Source: Octopus sinensis
Taxonomy: Eukaryota
Reading direction: 5' to 3'
Length of the DNA stretch: 64,000 bases
NCBI RefSeq assembly: GCF_006345805.1
Contig: NC_043014.1
Span: forward strand, 2,728,001 to 2,792,000
Made by a program: the position numbers and the translations under genes. Under the pieces are notes generated by a model. That model made no database searches. It saw nothing but the letters and a program-made list of their open reading frames with translations, and was not told the origin of the DNA. This document shows positions 46,551 to 59,174 of the stretch, piece after piece. How positions within the stretch are numbered: position 1 is the stretch's first letter; every line of letters begins with the position of its first letter.

Positions 46551-48224
46551 AGCTTGTTTACCAACCACATGGTTCCGGGTTCAGTCCCACTGCGTGGCAC
46601 CTTGGGCAAGTGTCTTCTACTATAGCCTCAGGCCAACCAAAGCCTTGTGAGTGGATCTGGTAGACGGAAACTGAAAGAAGCCCGTCGTATATATGTATAT
46701 ATATGTATGCATGTGTGTGTTTGTGTGCCTGTGGTAGGGTGTCACACAATTGAGGTTTTGCTGATTAAAATGAAATTTCTTCAAAATTGTTTCGCTCTCA
46801 GAGAAGGCCCCAGGAGCGGCTGTGTGGTAAGTAGCTTGGCACCTTGGGCAAGTGTCTTCTGCTATAGTCTCAGGCCGACCAAAGCCTTGTGAGTGGATTT
46901 GGTAGACGGAAACTGAAAAGAAGCCCGTCGTATATATGTATATATGTATATATATATATATATGTGTGTGTGTTTGTGTGTCTGTGTTTGTACCCCCTAG
47001 CATTGCTTGACAACCGATGCTGGTGTGTTTACGTCCCCGTTACTTAGCGGTTCGGCAAAAGAGACCCGATAGAATAAGTACTGGGCTTACAAAAAGAATA
47101 TGTCCCGGGGTCGATTCGCTCGATTAAAGGCGGTGCTCCAGCATGGCCGCAGTCAAATGACTGAAACAAGTAAAAGAGTAAAAGAGTTACGAGATGCAGT
47201 GAATTATGGTTGAGGTTTCGGAGAGTTTGGTCAGCTTCTCCCTCCTTCGCATACATTCTTCCTTTTTCTCTTTCTGAACATTCTCCCTTAATCTTATGTT
47301 TCTTTCTAATCGTTAAAAAGCTCCCTCCTACATTTGTCTTTAAACTTCCTCCCGCGCTCATGTTTAACTCTCTTCACGTGTAACTGCCAGCCTCCCGCAA
47401 ATTCTCTCTCTCGTTAAACTCTTGTCTTACACACTCTTTACTCTTTTACTTGTTTCAGTCATTTGACTGCGGCCATGCTGGAGCACCGCCTTTTAGTCGA
47501 GCAAATTGACCCCGGGACTTATTCTTTTGTAAGCCTAGTACTTATTCTATCGGTCTCTTTTGTCGAACCGCTAAGTTACGGGGACGTAAACACACCAGCA
47601 TCGGTTGTCAAGCAATGCTAGGGAGACAATCACAGACGCACAAACACATACACTTATATATATATGCGACAGGCTTCTTTCAGTTTCCGTCTACCAAATC
47701 CACTCACAAGGCATTGGTCGGCCAGAGGCTATAGTAGAAGACACTTGCCCAAGATGCCACGCAATGGGACTGAATCTGGAACCATGTGGTTGGTTAGCAA
47801 GCTACTTACCACACAGCCACTCCTGCACCTATAATCGCTATATTTTCTATACATCATTTGTCTCCTTGTGAAATCTTTGTAGATTCTGAGTTCAAATACC
47901 GCCGTGGTCAACTGCCCCTTTTTTTAACCCCCTCCGACGATAAAATAAAATTCCCAGTCAAGTACTGGGGTCGATTAGATTGATTAACCGCCCCCCTCCA
48001 CCATCCTCTCAAAACCGCTTGGCCTTGTCCTAATTCAGAAGCCATTATATTTCGCTAATCTCTCTCCCTCGCCTCGTGTTCTGCTCTCTTTTCGCCATTT
48101 CTTGTCTTTCTTCTCATACAAACCAAAACACACACACACACTAACCCACAACACTCTCTTTCTCCCCTTTTATCTAGCTTAGCTGTCGATCGCACAGCCT
48201 TTATATCAATCTATCTGTCTAGCC

Positions 48225-48356
48225 ACATCTCTCTTTATCTAACTATCTATCTATCTGTCTCTATCTATCTATCTCTCCGTCTGTCTCTATCTATCTATCT
48301 ATCTCTATCTATCTATCTACCTACCTATCTATCTATTTATCTATCTACCTACCTAC

Positions 48357-48401
<45 letters not shown>

Positions 48402-48470
48402 ATCACTCTGTCTATCTATCTATCTATTTATCTATCTACCTACCTACCTACCTATCTATCTATCACTCTG

Positions 48471-48520
<50 letters not shown>

Positions 48521-48545
48521 ACTCTGTCTATCTATCTATCTCTCC
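48225..48545. repeat. (CTAT)n/(CTAC)n tetranucleotide array
   Basis: Directly visible. Confidence 0.95.
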
Positions 48546-49991
48546 CTCCCTCAAGCTAGCTCGCTCTCCCTTTCAATTCTCTGCCTCTCCTTCACTCTTA
48601 CTCTCTCACACCTTCCACTCCACCTTCCTACACACACATACCACTCCCCGTTTCCCTCTCTATCAATCACCCTCCCTCTCTCTTCTTTCCCTCTCACTCT
48701 ATTCATCTAACCTTCTCTATTTCTACACTCAACCGTTTCTGGCGCCGACTTCCAGTCAGTGAAGCTGACAGAACCAAACCGCCATACGACCATTCTCTCT
48801 CTCTGCCTCTCTCTCACTCCCCTCTCTCTCTCAGCACTGCCATTGGTACATTCTACCCGCTTCTTCCAAATATGGGTACCTCTGCTGGGAACTTACTTTG
48901 ACTTCTTCTTGTTCTTCGACGTCTTTGTTCTTCGCTTCCTTCTTTTATCTTTCTCATTTCAACCTCGACATCTTTTAACGCCGAGTCTTTTAGAAATTAG
49001 AGAACCCCCCCCTTTATTATCTATCCAATGCACGCACCTTCGTGCAACCCCCACCCACGTGTGTGTATGTGTGCATGTATGTATAAATATATAAATCTAT
49101 ATTAACCAATGATATATGTATATTATACACATATATATATGTATATATATGAATCTATCAATCAACGTGAGTCAGTTTGTGTATAATATACAGATATCAT
49201 TGGTTAATATACATTTATATATTTATACATACATGCACACATACACACTCACATGGGTGGGGGTTGCGCGAAGATGCATGTAAATTTTACTTGTTTCAGT
49301 CATTTGACAGTGGCCATGCTGGAGCACTGCCTTTAGTCGAGCAAATCGACTCCAGGACTTAATCTTTGTAAGCCTAGTACTTATTCAATCAGTCTCTTTT
49401 GCCGAACCACTAGGTTACGGGGGCGTAAACAATACACACACACGTATATAGGTTTGATAAGTACTAACGCACAAAACTCTCGGACCTTGAGTGTGTATGT
49501 GTGCATGTATGTAAATATATATATATTAAACTTTTAATACTTTTGATATATATTTAAAATAATATAAATTAATTAATTTTATGTATTGGCTTATGTTTTT
49601 CATTGTTTGATTTGCCTAATAGTGGTTTTATCTCTAATTTAATATTATATATATATATATATATACATACACACATACATGTGTAAATATACGTATATAT
49701 TTTTTATTAATATTTAGCAGGAGTGACTCAAGGTACAAGAGTTTTGTGCGTTAGTACTTATCAAACCTATATACGTGTGTGTGTGTGTATTGTTTACGTC
49801 CCCGTAACCTAGTGGTTCGGCAAAAGAGACCGATTGAATAAGTACTAGGCTTACAAAGAATAAGTCCTGGGGTCGATTTGCTCGACTAAAAGTGGTGCTC
49901 CAGCATGGCCACTGTCAAATGACTGAAACAAGTAAAAGAGTATATATATATATATATATATAATATATATATATATACTATATATATATAT

Positions 49992-50072
<81 letters not shown>

Positions 50073-50336
50073 AGATATGTATATATGTATGTATATAACC
50101 GAAAGAAGAAGCACACTTTAAGATGTAGAGCTGTATATATTAAACATGGGGAAGACCGGTTTATGGGATTACCTTAGGTTTCCCGTCCGTGAAGGGTTTA
50201 GCTTTATGGCGTATCGTCAGATGGGCCAACAGGTTTTGGGATCTGACGATATACCATACAGCTACACCCTTTAGAAAAAAGTTCGGTTTTGGGGGCTTTC
50301 TGGATTTTAGATTTCCGGTTAAAGGATTGAGTAAGG

Positions 50337-50670
50337 GTAAAGACCCCCTTCGGTCATGAATGACCATGGGATTGCACCTAGAAAGTTACCCTCCTAGACA
50401 CAAGTCCGGGCAAGGTTGTTTATGGAAGGCCAGCAGTCGCCCATGCATACTGGCCTCCCCTCTCCACGCCACCAGTGTTATCCAAGGGAAAGGCAAAGGG
50501 GCCGATACAGCTTGGCACCTGTGACGTCGCAACTCATTTCTACAGCTGAGTGAACTGGAGCAACGTGAAATAAAGTGCCTTGCTCGAGAACACAACACGC
50601 AGCCCGGTCCGGGATTCGAGCTCACAACCTCACGATCGTAAGCTCGACGCTCTAACCACTGAGCCATGCG
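50337..50670 (-). mobile_element. tRNA-derived CORE-like SINE family E
   Basis: Head gcatggctcagtggttagagcg...ctcgaatcccgg, CORE-like gttctcgagcaaggcactttatttcac...cagctgtagaaatg. A headless copy lies at 53432..53702 (+). Confidence 0.8.
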
Positions 50671-50920
50671 TACCTGTATTAATATTTCATCCTTTCGGGG
50701 TCGGTAAGATAACTGGGGGTTGATGTAATCGACTTAACCCTTCCCCCGAAATTGCTGGCCTTGTGCCAAAATTTGAAATCAAATGGTAGCAAGCTGGCAG
50801 AATCGTTAGCGTGACGGGCAAAATGCTTGGCGGCATTTCGTCCGTCTTTACGCTTTGAGTTCAAATTCCGCCCAGGTGGACTTTGCCTTTCATTCCTTTG
50901 GAGTCGATAAAGCAAGTACC

Positions 50921-51359
50921 GGATCTTTTCGGTTTGAACGGCAGTTTTTTTCTAGCGGTGTCATATGAAATTGTCACCCATAATTATGACCCTAGTATCG
51001 ATCTATTGCATTTCAATCTGTTTTAGGGTTAGGGTTAGTTAGGGTTTGGGTTAAGGTTAGGGGTGGGGGAAGGTATCTTTTTTCTTCACAAATGTAAATA
51101 AACCCAATCTGTTTCTTAAACGAGGGACATATTCATACGGCGCAGAATGTTTTTTTTTACCTCAATAGACGTCAGTGATTGGTTGAAATTGCAGAAATTG
51201 TAGAACAAAACAATAAATATCTTACAAACTATAGAATTTTCTCAATAAAGCCAAGAGAAAAAGATGTTTTATAGACACATTCTTCCAGTATACGAAGTTT
51301 ATAATTTTTTAGTCACCTAGAAATTATGTTAAAAACTGCCGGTCAAACCGAAAAGATCC
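50921..51359 (+). mobile_element. Complete MITE family M2 inserted in a family B SINE
   Basis: Exact 8-bp TSD caagtacc (50913..50920 / 51360..51367), TIRs GGATCTTTTCGG / CCGAAAAGATCC, TTAGGG-like core at 51021..51065. Confidence 0.9.
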
Positions 51360-52060
51360 CAAGTACCAGTTGAGTACTGGAGTCGATCTAATCGACTTAC
51401 TCCTCCGCCGAAATTGCTGGCCTTGTGCAAAAATTTGAAACCAATATTTATATTCATAAAATATATTTCCGTTGTTGTAATGAAACATGTGTAACACAGA
51501 ATTAAAATAGTATCACAAATCTCAGTCTTCGTTTTAATACGTACTTTCTCTGCGAATATAATACACCAAGAATTTCAACTTCTAGGCGTAGGAGTGGCTG
51601 TGTGGTAAGTAGCTTGCTTACCAACCACACGGTTCCGGGTTCAGTCCCACTGCGTTGCACCTTGGGCAAGTGTTTTCTACAATAGCCTCGGGCCGACCAA
51701 AGCCTTATGAGTGGATTTGGTAGACGGTAACTGAAAGAAGCCCATCGTATATATGTATATATATATATGTATTATGTGTGTGTATATGTTTGTGTGTCTG
51801 TGTTTGCCCCCCCCCCCAACATCGCTTGACAACCGATGCTGGTGTGTTTACGTCCCCGTAACTCAGCAGTTCGGCAAAAACGACCGATAGAATTAGTACT
51901 AGGCTTGCAAAGAATAAGTCCTGGGGTCGATTTGCTCGACTAAAGGCGGTGCTCCAGCATGGCCACAGTCAAATGACTGAAACAAATAAAAGAGTAAAAG
52001 AGTAAGAGTGACTTATAATGTATGATTTTTGCCATTTAAAACAAAATATCTACATACATG

Positions 52061-52894
52061 CAGGGTGTTTGGACTAAATTTGACGATTTTGTACGTTTTT
52101 TTTTCTGGAACAGCTTGTTGTAGTGGTGGGTAGTCAACGGCGCTGGAGAGCATAAAGATTGAAGCTGTAGTTGGGGAAAAGGCTGAAATGGAGGACTGGA
52201 AACCACCTGAATAATGGAGAAGAGTTAACAATATCATGATTGCCGCTCAATGGTCTTTGAGCCTTTGTAAAGACTGTAAGACGTGACATGGACAGCTGCA
52301 ACGGAGACTACGAAGCCGTGGTCAGCATGAAAGGACTTCGCAGGCGTTTCGACTGCGTCCACACGCCAGACCTCATCCAACAACTGATGAAGAGAACCTT
52401 AGGCCCAATTCAGACGGCTGTATGAAGCTGCTGGACACTGTGATCGAACCCTAACTGAAGAGGGTTTCTGCTGGAAGGCAGCAGGATTCGGCTTCTTGCC
52501 ATACCTCCAGAGAGAGCCAGAAGTGGTCGTTGGAGAATTTCTACGACTTCACTAACCCCGGTTTCTGACCGTCTCATGTCCCCGATTGTATTCCTACAGG
52601 TTACTATGTATGGGTCGTGGTTGAGAAAGACCGACTGCTCTCTCCGCAACCCCAAGATCAAGGCGGTGTTTGAGGATCTTCCTAAGGACACAGCGAGGAA
52701 TGCATGTGCCAGGTTCTGGAACCGTCTTGATGCAGTGGTGACAGTTGAGGACGACTGCTTTTGGTAAAGTGTTATCTCCCAGCCACAATCTAGTTGATAT
52801 GTTTGGTTTTTCTAAAATACTTCTTATCTTTGGATGAGATATTCTATTTCGTTTTCTCTTTTATTCAAACTGTCAAATTTATCCGAACAACCAG
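52061..52894 (+). mobile_element. Internally deleted, decayed Tc1/mariner-superfamily transposon
   Basis: TIRs cagggtgtttggactaaatttgac / gtcaaatttatccgaacaaccag. Broken frames read QQDSASCHTS...PDCIPTGYYVWVVVEKD...NACARFWNRLDAVV, the DD-D/E C-terminal region. Confidence 0.8.
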
Positions 52895-52956
52895 AGCATT
52901 TGATTACTGGAATATGCAGATATGTTTCACGAGGACACAGCTTAAATAATCTGTCC

Positions 52957-53015
<59 letters not shown>

Positions 53016-53757
53016 CGCGCACGAGTGAGTCAACAAACCAAAGTAACACTGAACAAATTTGATAGGAGCTATGTATTTTTCATAACAGCTGAACTCAGCT
53101 TCGCATGACTTGAAGTTTCGTTGGCGCGTAGAGCGCACTCATCTCATCAGATGCTAGGACACTGATGAGATTGACGTGTCCTGCGCCTACGAGACTTTAA
53201 GTCAAATACACTGACTCAAACTGTTACACACACACACACACACTTTATTGTGTTTTCATCCAAGTTAAAACGAATACCAACTGTTCCATGCAATAGGGTC
53301 GATAATTGTTAAGTAATATATCTCTATTAATATGAAACCATTGGGTGCTTTGTCACTCTACAAATAAAGAATATTTATCCACCAATGCAGAGTTGAGAAC
53401 ACTTCACTGTTCAATATTAACGTATATTAACGGGCTGCGTGTTGTGTTCTTGAGCAAGACACTTTATTTCACGTTGCTCCAGTTCACTCAGCTGTAGAAA
53501 TGAGTTGCGACGTCACAGGTGCCAAGCTGTATCGACCTTTGTCTTTCCCTTGGATAACACTGGTGGCGTGGAGAGGAGAGGCTGGTATGCATGGGCGACT
53601 GCTAGCCTTCCATAAACAACCTTGCCCGGACTTGTGTCTAGGAGGGTAACTTTCTAGGTGCAATCCCATGGTCATTCATGACCGAAGGGGGTCTTTACCC
53701 CCTTTTACAACACACACACACACATATATCTATAATATATTATATATATATAATATA

Positions 53758-53795
<38 letters not shown>

Positions 53796-53796
53796 T

Positions 53797-53873
<77 letters not shown>

Positions 53874-54331
53874 CACAATAAAAGGCTACAAACATCCTCA
53901 AGGGATAGCAAACCCTATGAAAGTACTGCTTAGTTACCTTTACAAAGAATATTGAGCAATTAACATTTAATACTCAACTGCAAGGTAACTATATAAACTG
54001 TGCTTTAAATATATTTATTTATTATTATAATAAGATGAGAAAATAGAGAGAAAAATTGAATAATATCCCTTACAGTTGTTTCGATTCTGGACCTTCAGAA
54101 AATTAATTTAAAATTATTTACCTTTGTCCAGCCAGCCGCCCTGATTGACCGCTAGCTCCAAAAGTTTTCGTTTTATTCTCTCTCTGTTTATTTCCCCGTG
54201 TTCCTTTCTGTTGAAGAGCGTAGGCTCGAAATGTAAAAGACTTTCTCTCCTTCCCGAGCGTTTAACTAATACACCTGTTTGTTGTTTATACACCTGTCTT
54301 CTTCGTCCTTTGTTTTTCTGTAAATTTCAAC

Positions 54332-54403
<72 letters not shown>

Positions 54404-55299
54404 TGTGTGTTTATGTATGTATGTATGTATTTGTGTGTATCTTTTGCTTCAGTCATCTTGACTGCAGCCATGCTGGAGCACCGCCTTGAGTCGAACAAAT
54501 CGACCCCAGGACTTATTCTTTGTAAGCCTAGTACTTATTCTTTCGGTGTCTTTTGCCTAACCGCTAAGTTACGGGGACGTAAACACACTAACATCGGTTG
54601 TGAAGCGATGGTTTGGGGGACAAATGCATACATACAATTTGTATGTATGTATTTGTCCTATAAAGATTAAGTCCTGGGGTCGATTTGTTCGACTCAAGGC
54701 GGTGCTCCAGCATGGCCGCAGTCAAGATGACTGAAGCAAAAGATTAAAAGAATATACATGTGTGTGTGTGTGTGTGTAAATAATAAGCAGAGCTTACATA
54801 GGCGCAGGAATGGCTGTGTGGTAAGTAGTTTGCTTACCAGCCACATGGTTCCGGGTTCAGTCGCACTGCGTGGCATCTTGGGCAAGTGTCTTCTGCTATA
54901 GCCCCGGGCTGACCAAAGCCTTGTGAGTGGATTTGGTAGACGGAAACTGAAAGAAGCCCGTTGTATATATGTATAAATATATGCGTGTGTGTGTTGTGTG
55001 TCTGTTTGTTCCCCTAGCATTGCTTGACAACCGATGCTGGTGTGTTTATGTCCCCGTTACTTAGCGGTTCGGCAAAAGCGACCGATAGAATAAGTACTGG
55101 GCTTACAAAAGAATAAGTCCCGCGGTCGGTCGAGTTTGCTCGACTCAAGGCGGTGCTCCAGCATGGCCGCAGTCAAATGACTGAAACAAGTAAAAGAGTA
55201 AAAAAAGAGTGATGCAAGGGCTGCGAGTTTCGTGTACGGCACTCATTAAAACTTTCCAGACGACACACAGACACACACGCGCGCGCTCTATGCCTTGTC

Positions 55300-58140
55300 T
55301 TATCTCATTTTTTCACTTACACCTCCTTTCTCGTTTCGCTATTGTCCACTTTCTCATTTTCGACTTTTCATTCTTATTTTCCACTCTCCTAATTATCACA
55401 TCTTTCTCTCCATATTCCCCCCCCCCGTCTCCTGCGCTATAATTAACTTTTCATCGCCCCTATCTCCCTCATTTACTCTCTCTCTCTCTTCCTACTCGCC
55501 ATTTCTTTCCCCTTTCTCCATCCATACCCACACACTCTGCTTCACATTGTTACTGTAGCCCTCCCCCTCTCTCGCTTTCTCTCCTTATGACCCTTCATTT
55601 CACTCCCTCTTTCCCTCTCTCTATTTTATCATTTATCTCCTTCACTTTCCTCTTCTCTATATCCATACGCTTTCCTCTCTTTCTACTCCACTCCTTTACC
55701 CTCCTACTTCCACCATGCATCTCTCTCTCTCTCTCTCTTTTTCTCTCTGACTCTTTCTTTATCCCCTCATCTTTTCCCCTTGCTCTTACCCTCTTTCTCT
55801 CTCCGCCTGTCAAATGCCAAATCACATGACATTCATGTATCTTATCTCTTCCCTCTCTCTCTCTCATATATTCTCCCTCTCTCTCACTCCCCTTCATATA
55901 CACTCCTACTCGCTACCGCACTTGCATACACTCTGTCCCCTACTACAACTTCCACTCTCACTCACCCTCTCTCATATCTTATAATATCTCTATTCACACT
56001 TACCAACTACTTCACACTCTTCTTACTCGTTTACATTCTCTCTCTCCTATATTTTCTGACCCTCCCTTATATTCTCTTACCCTCTCTTTTACATCCTCTC
56101 ATCTCTCCCTTTCACATTACTTTCCCTTTCTTTGACATTATCATCCTTTCTCTTATATTCTCTAACCTTTCCCTTTGACATTCTGCAACCATTTCTTTTT
56201 TCATCATCTCTCCTCTTCCTCTCACTCTCTCTCTTTTTCTCATCCTCTCTTTATCGTTTTACATACCCCCTCCTCTATCTTCTATTCTATCAGCCTCTCT
56301 CTTACATCCTCACCCTGTCTCTTATAATCTCTCACCTCTCCCTTTTCATTCTCCTACCCTCTCTTTTGCATACGTTCTCCCTCTCTCCTACAATCCACCA
56401 CCCTCTGTCACATATCACATAATCTCTCACCAATCCCTTTTTACAATTCCTCCCCCTCCCTCATATTTATACAGATTCCTTTACACTCTTTCACCTTTCA
56501 TATTCTTTACAGACTTCCATATTTTCTTTTCCCTCTTTCAATATCCAAACCTTATTTTCTCTTCTCTCCTGTCTTCCATTCTCTCATTCACTTACTCCCT
56601 TCCCCCCCCCCATTCTTTCTCTGAAACTGCTTTCATGTTTCCTTCATATCATTTTTCAACTTTCTCACTCCTTTGTTTTTCCTTTGTCTTATATATTCTC
56701 TACAATTTTTCTCTCAACATCCGTCTTCCTTCATTTCGCCACTTGTCACTTTTCTTAGAATTTATCTGCCTATCTTTCTTCGCCAACAATAAATCAATGC
56801 TGATTTCACAGAGGGAAACTGAAAGAAGCCTGTTATATATATGGCGATCCATCGATATTGGTCTCCAAAGTGTCAGTATAAGGAGACGACGTCTTTCACC
56901 CTCTTCAGCCTAGTTTCTTTATATCATGGGGGTTTGTGTGGATAAATCTCTATTGAGATATATCTTTGCCTTTCATCCTTTCGGGGTCGATAAATTAAGT
57001 ACCAGTTACGCACTGGGGTCGATGTAATCGACTTAATCCCTTTGTCTGTCCCCTCTGTATTTAACCCCTTGTGGGTAGTAAAGAAATATATATATATATA
57101 TATATACTCACAGAGGAAGAAACAGATAGATAAAATGACAGAGGGGCCCATTTTATGTGGGAACAACGGAAGGAAGGGACTCAAAGTATGATAACAAAAA
57201 AATAGGGAGAGAAAACAAGTAGCAAAACGTATCACAGAAGTGGTAGAACAAGACCTGAGGGACCGGAAACTAAGAAAGACCCCCTCCCCTTTTTTTATTC
57301 TTCTTGTCTTCAAGAACATGCTCTCACTCACCCCTTTCTCTCTCTCTCTCTCTCTTGCCCACATCAACAGCTTTCCAACTCTCCCCTCATTCGTTTCTTA
57401 GCATTTCTTTCCCTCGTCTCTTGCGGAGAGAAAGAGAGAGACAAATAGAGGGGGGTAGACAGAGAGAGAGAAAGAGAAGAAGAAACAGATAGAGAGATAG
57501 AAAGAGAAAATCAAATAGACAGAGGGAGGGACTAACAGATAGATATAGACAGATACAGAGAAGCAGATAAACAGAGAGAGAAAGAGATGGATAGAGAGAA
57601 AGAGAGACAAATGGATAGATAGAAAATAAGAGAGAGAGAGAGAAAGAGGAACAGAGGCTGTTCTTTAGATTTGTTAATTTGTGTTTGACTTTAAATTTGT
57701 TCTAAAAGTTTACTTTTCATCTGTGATTGCAGATCAGTAGCTGTTAATAAATTGCTATCTTTATTAACTACATTGATTAATTAGTACAGTTTACTAACTT
57801 AATAAATTAGGAGTGCGTGAGTGAAGGAAGAAAATTATACCAAAGATGAAATGAAATACGATAGAAAGAAAGAGTGTGTGGGTGAAATAGATATACAGAC
57901 AGACTGAGAGAGTGGGAGAGAACGAGAGAGGTATATATATAGAGAGAGTGTGTGATAGATACACGTATAAATGCAGAGAGAGGGAGTGAGAGGGAGTGCA
58001 AGATATAGATAGATACAGAGAATAAAGCAATTGATATACAGATAGATAAGAGTGAGTGAGTGCTATGGATAGAAAGGTTGATACAGAGAGAGTTGCAGGA
58101 GGAAGGGGAGGAGAAAAGTTATGAAGTTTTTTAGTGGCTT
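55300..58140. repeat. Long low-complexity polypyrimidine (55300..56760) and polypurine (57400..58140) tracts
   Basis: CT-rich then GA-rich sequence. The ORFs here are compositional artefacts. Confidence 0.8.
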
Positions 58141-59055
58141 TTTGCTTCTTCATTGGATTATTCGATGTGAATTTCGTTAGGTTAAATTCACTTTTACTTT
58201 AAAGTATCTGCGAACAGATACGTATTTATTTTTATATTTTCTCTCTTTTTCAACTCTCCAAGTCAATAATTAATGTATCTATATATTTATTTACCTAATT
58301 ATTCAAGCGTGAAGAAAGAAAAAGAGAAAAAAAAAACGGAGTCTCAGGGTAAGTGCGAGAGAGAAAGAGAGAGAGATGGATGAAGTTTGAGAAGTTCAAA
58401 ACTTAGTTCCTGTTGATTTCGAAGACTTTGTGTGTTTATAGTCCCACGTATTCCTCATTTAAAAAAAAGACAGACCAAACCTTATATTTTTTTAATTCAC
58501 AGATGAGAGCCCCACAACCTCGACATACCCCAAACTTGTTGCATTCATAAGCAAAGATGTTTCTTTTTAAATATATTTTTCTTTTTACCTTCCAGTATTT
58601 ATTGTAATCAAGAATCTAAATCGAACCTTATTAAAAGAAAAGAAAGAAAAAAGCAAAAAAGAAAAGGAAAAGAATCTTGTGTGTCTTTCCCCTCTCTTCG
58701 ACAAATTCTTCATTTATATTTCTAAACCAAGTCGGTCGGTCGACTTGGTATTCTTTCTGTCTGTGAAAGAAATAAAAATGGGATGGAGAGCCTCCTTGCC
58801 TGCTTTTTTGGCTTGTGTTTGTCTGCCCGCTTCCTTATTTTGCATCGCTTAACTAACTTTTGGATGCAAAAACTCCAAGATACTTTTGTTGAAGTCGGAA
58901 TTCTTCAACATTTCGCCATTCTTGGGACTGGCTTCACCTACAATCAATTTCATTTTCTAAGAACACCCGTTATATTATATGGCGGTGCCGTAGTCGAACA
59001 TTGAGATCAGTAAAATAGTTATATATATATATACATACATACATACATCATATAT

Positions 59056-59088
<33 letters not shown>

Positions 59089-59174
59089 TATTGTGTGTAT
59101 GTGTGTATAATTTGTATGTTGTGTACGATGTAATGTTTCAAGGCTTTGGTCTCTATCCAAGGAAATAAATATGA

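Noticed and set aside
50600-50670. tRNA gene (also heads at 23450, 39345 and 43430)
   Set aside because: A/B boxes are present, but they continue into SINE bodies and lack a complete acceptor stem, so they are SINE heads.
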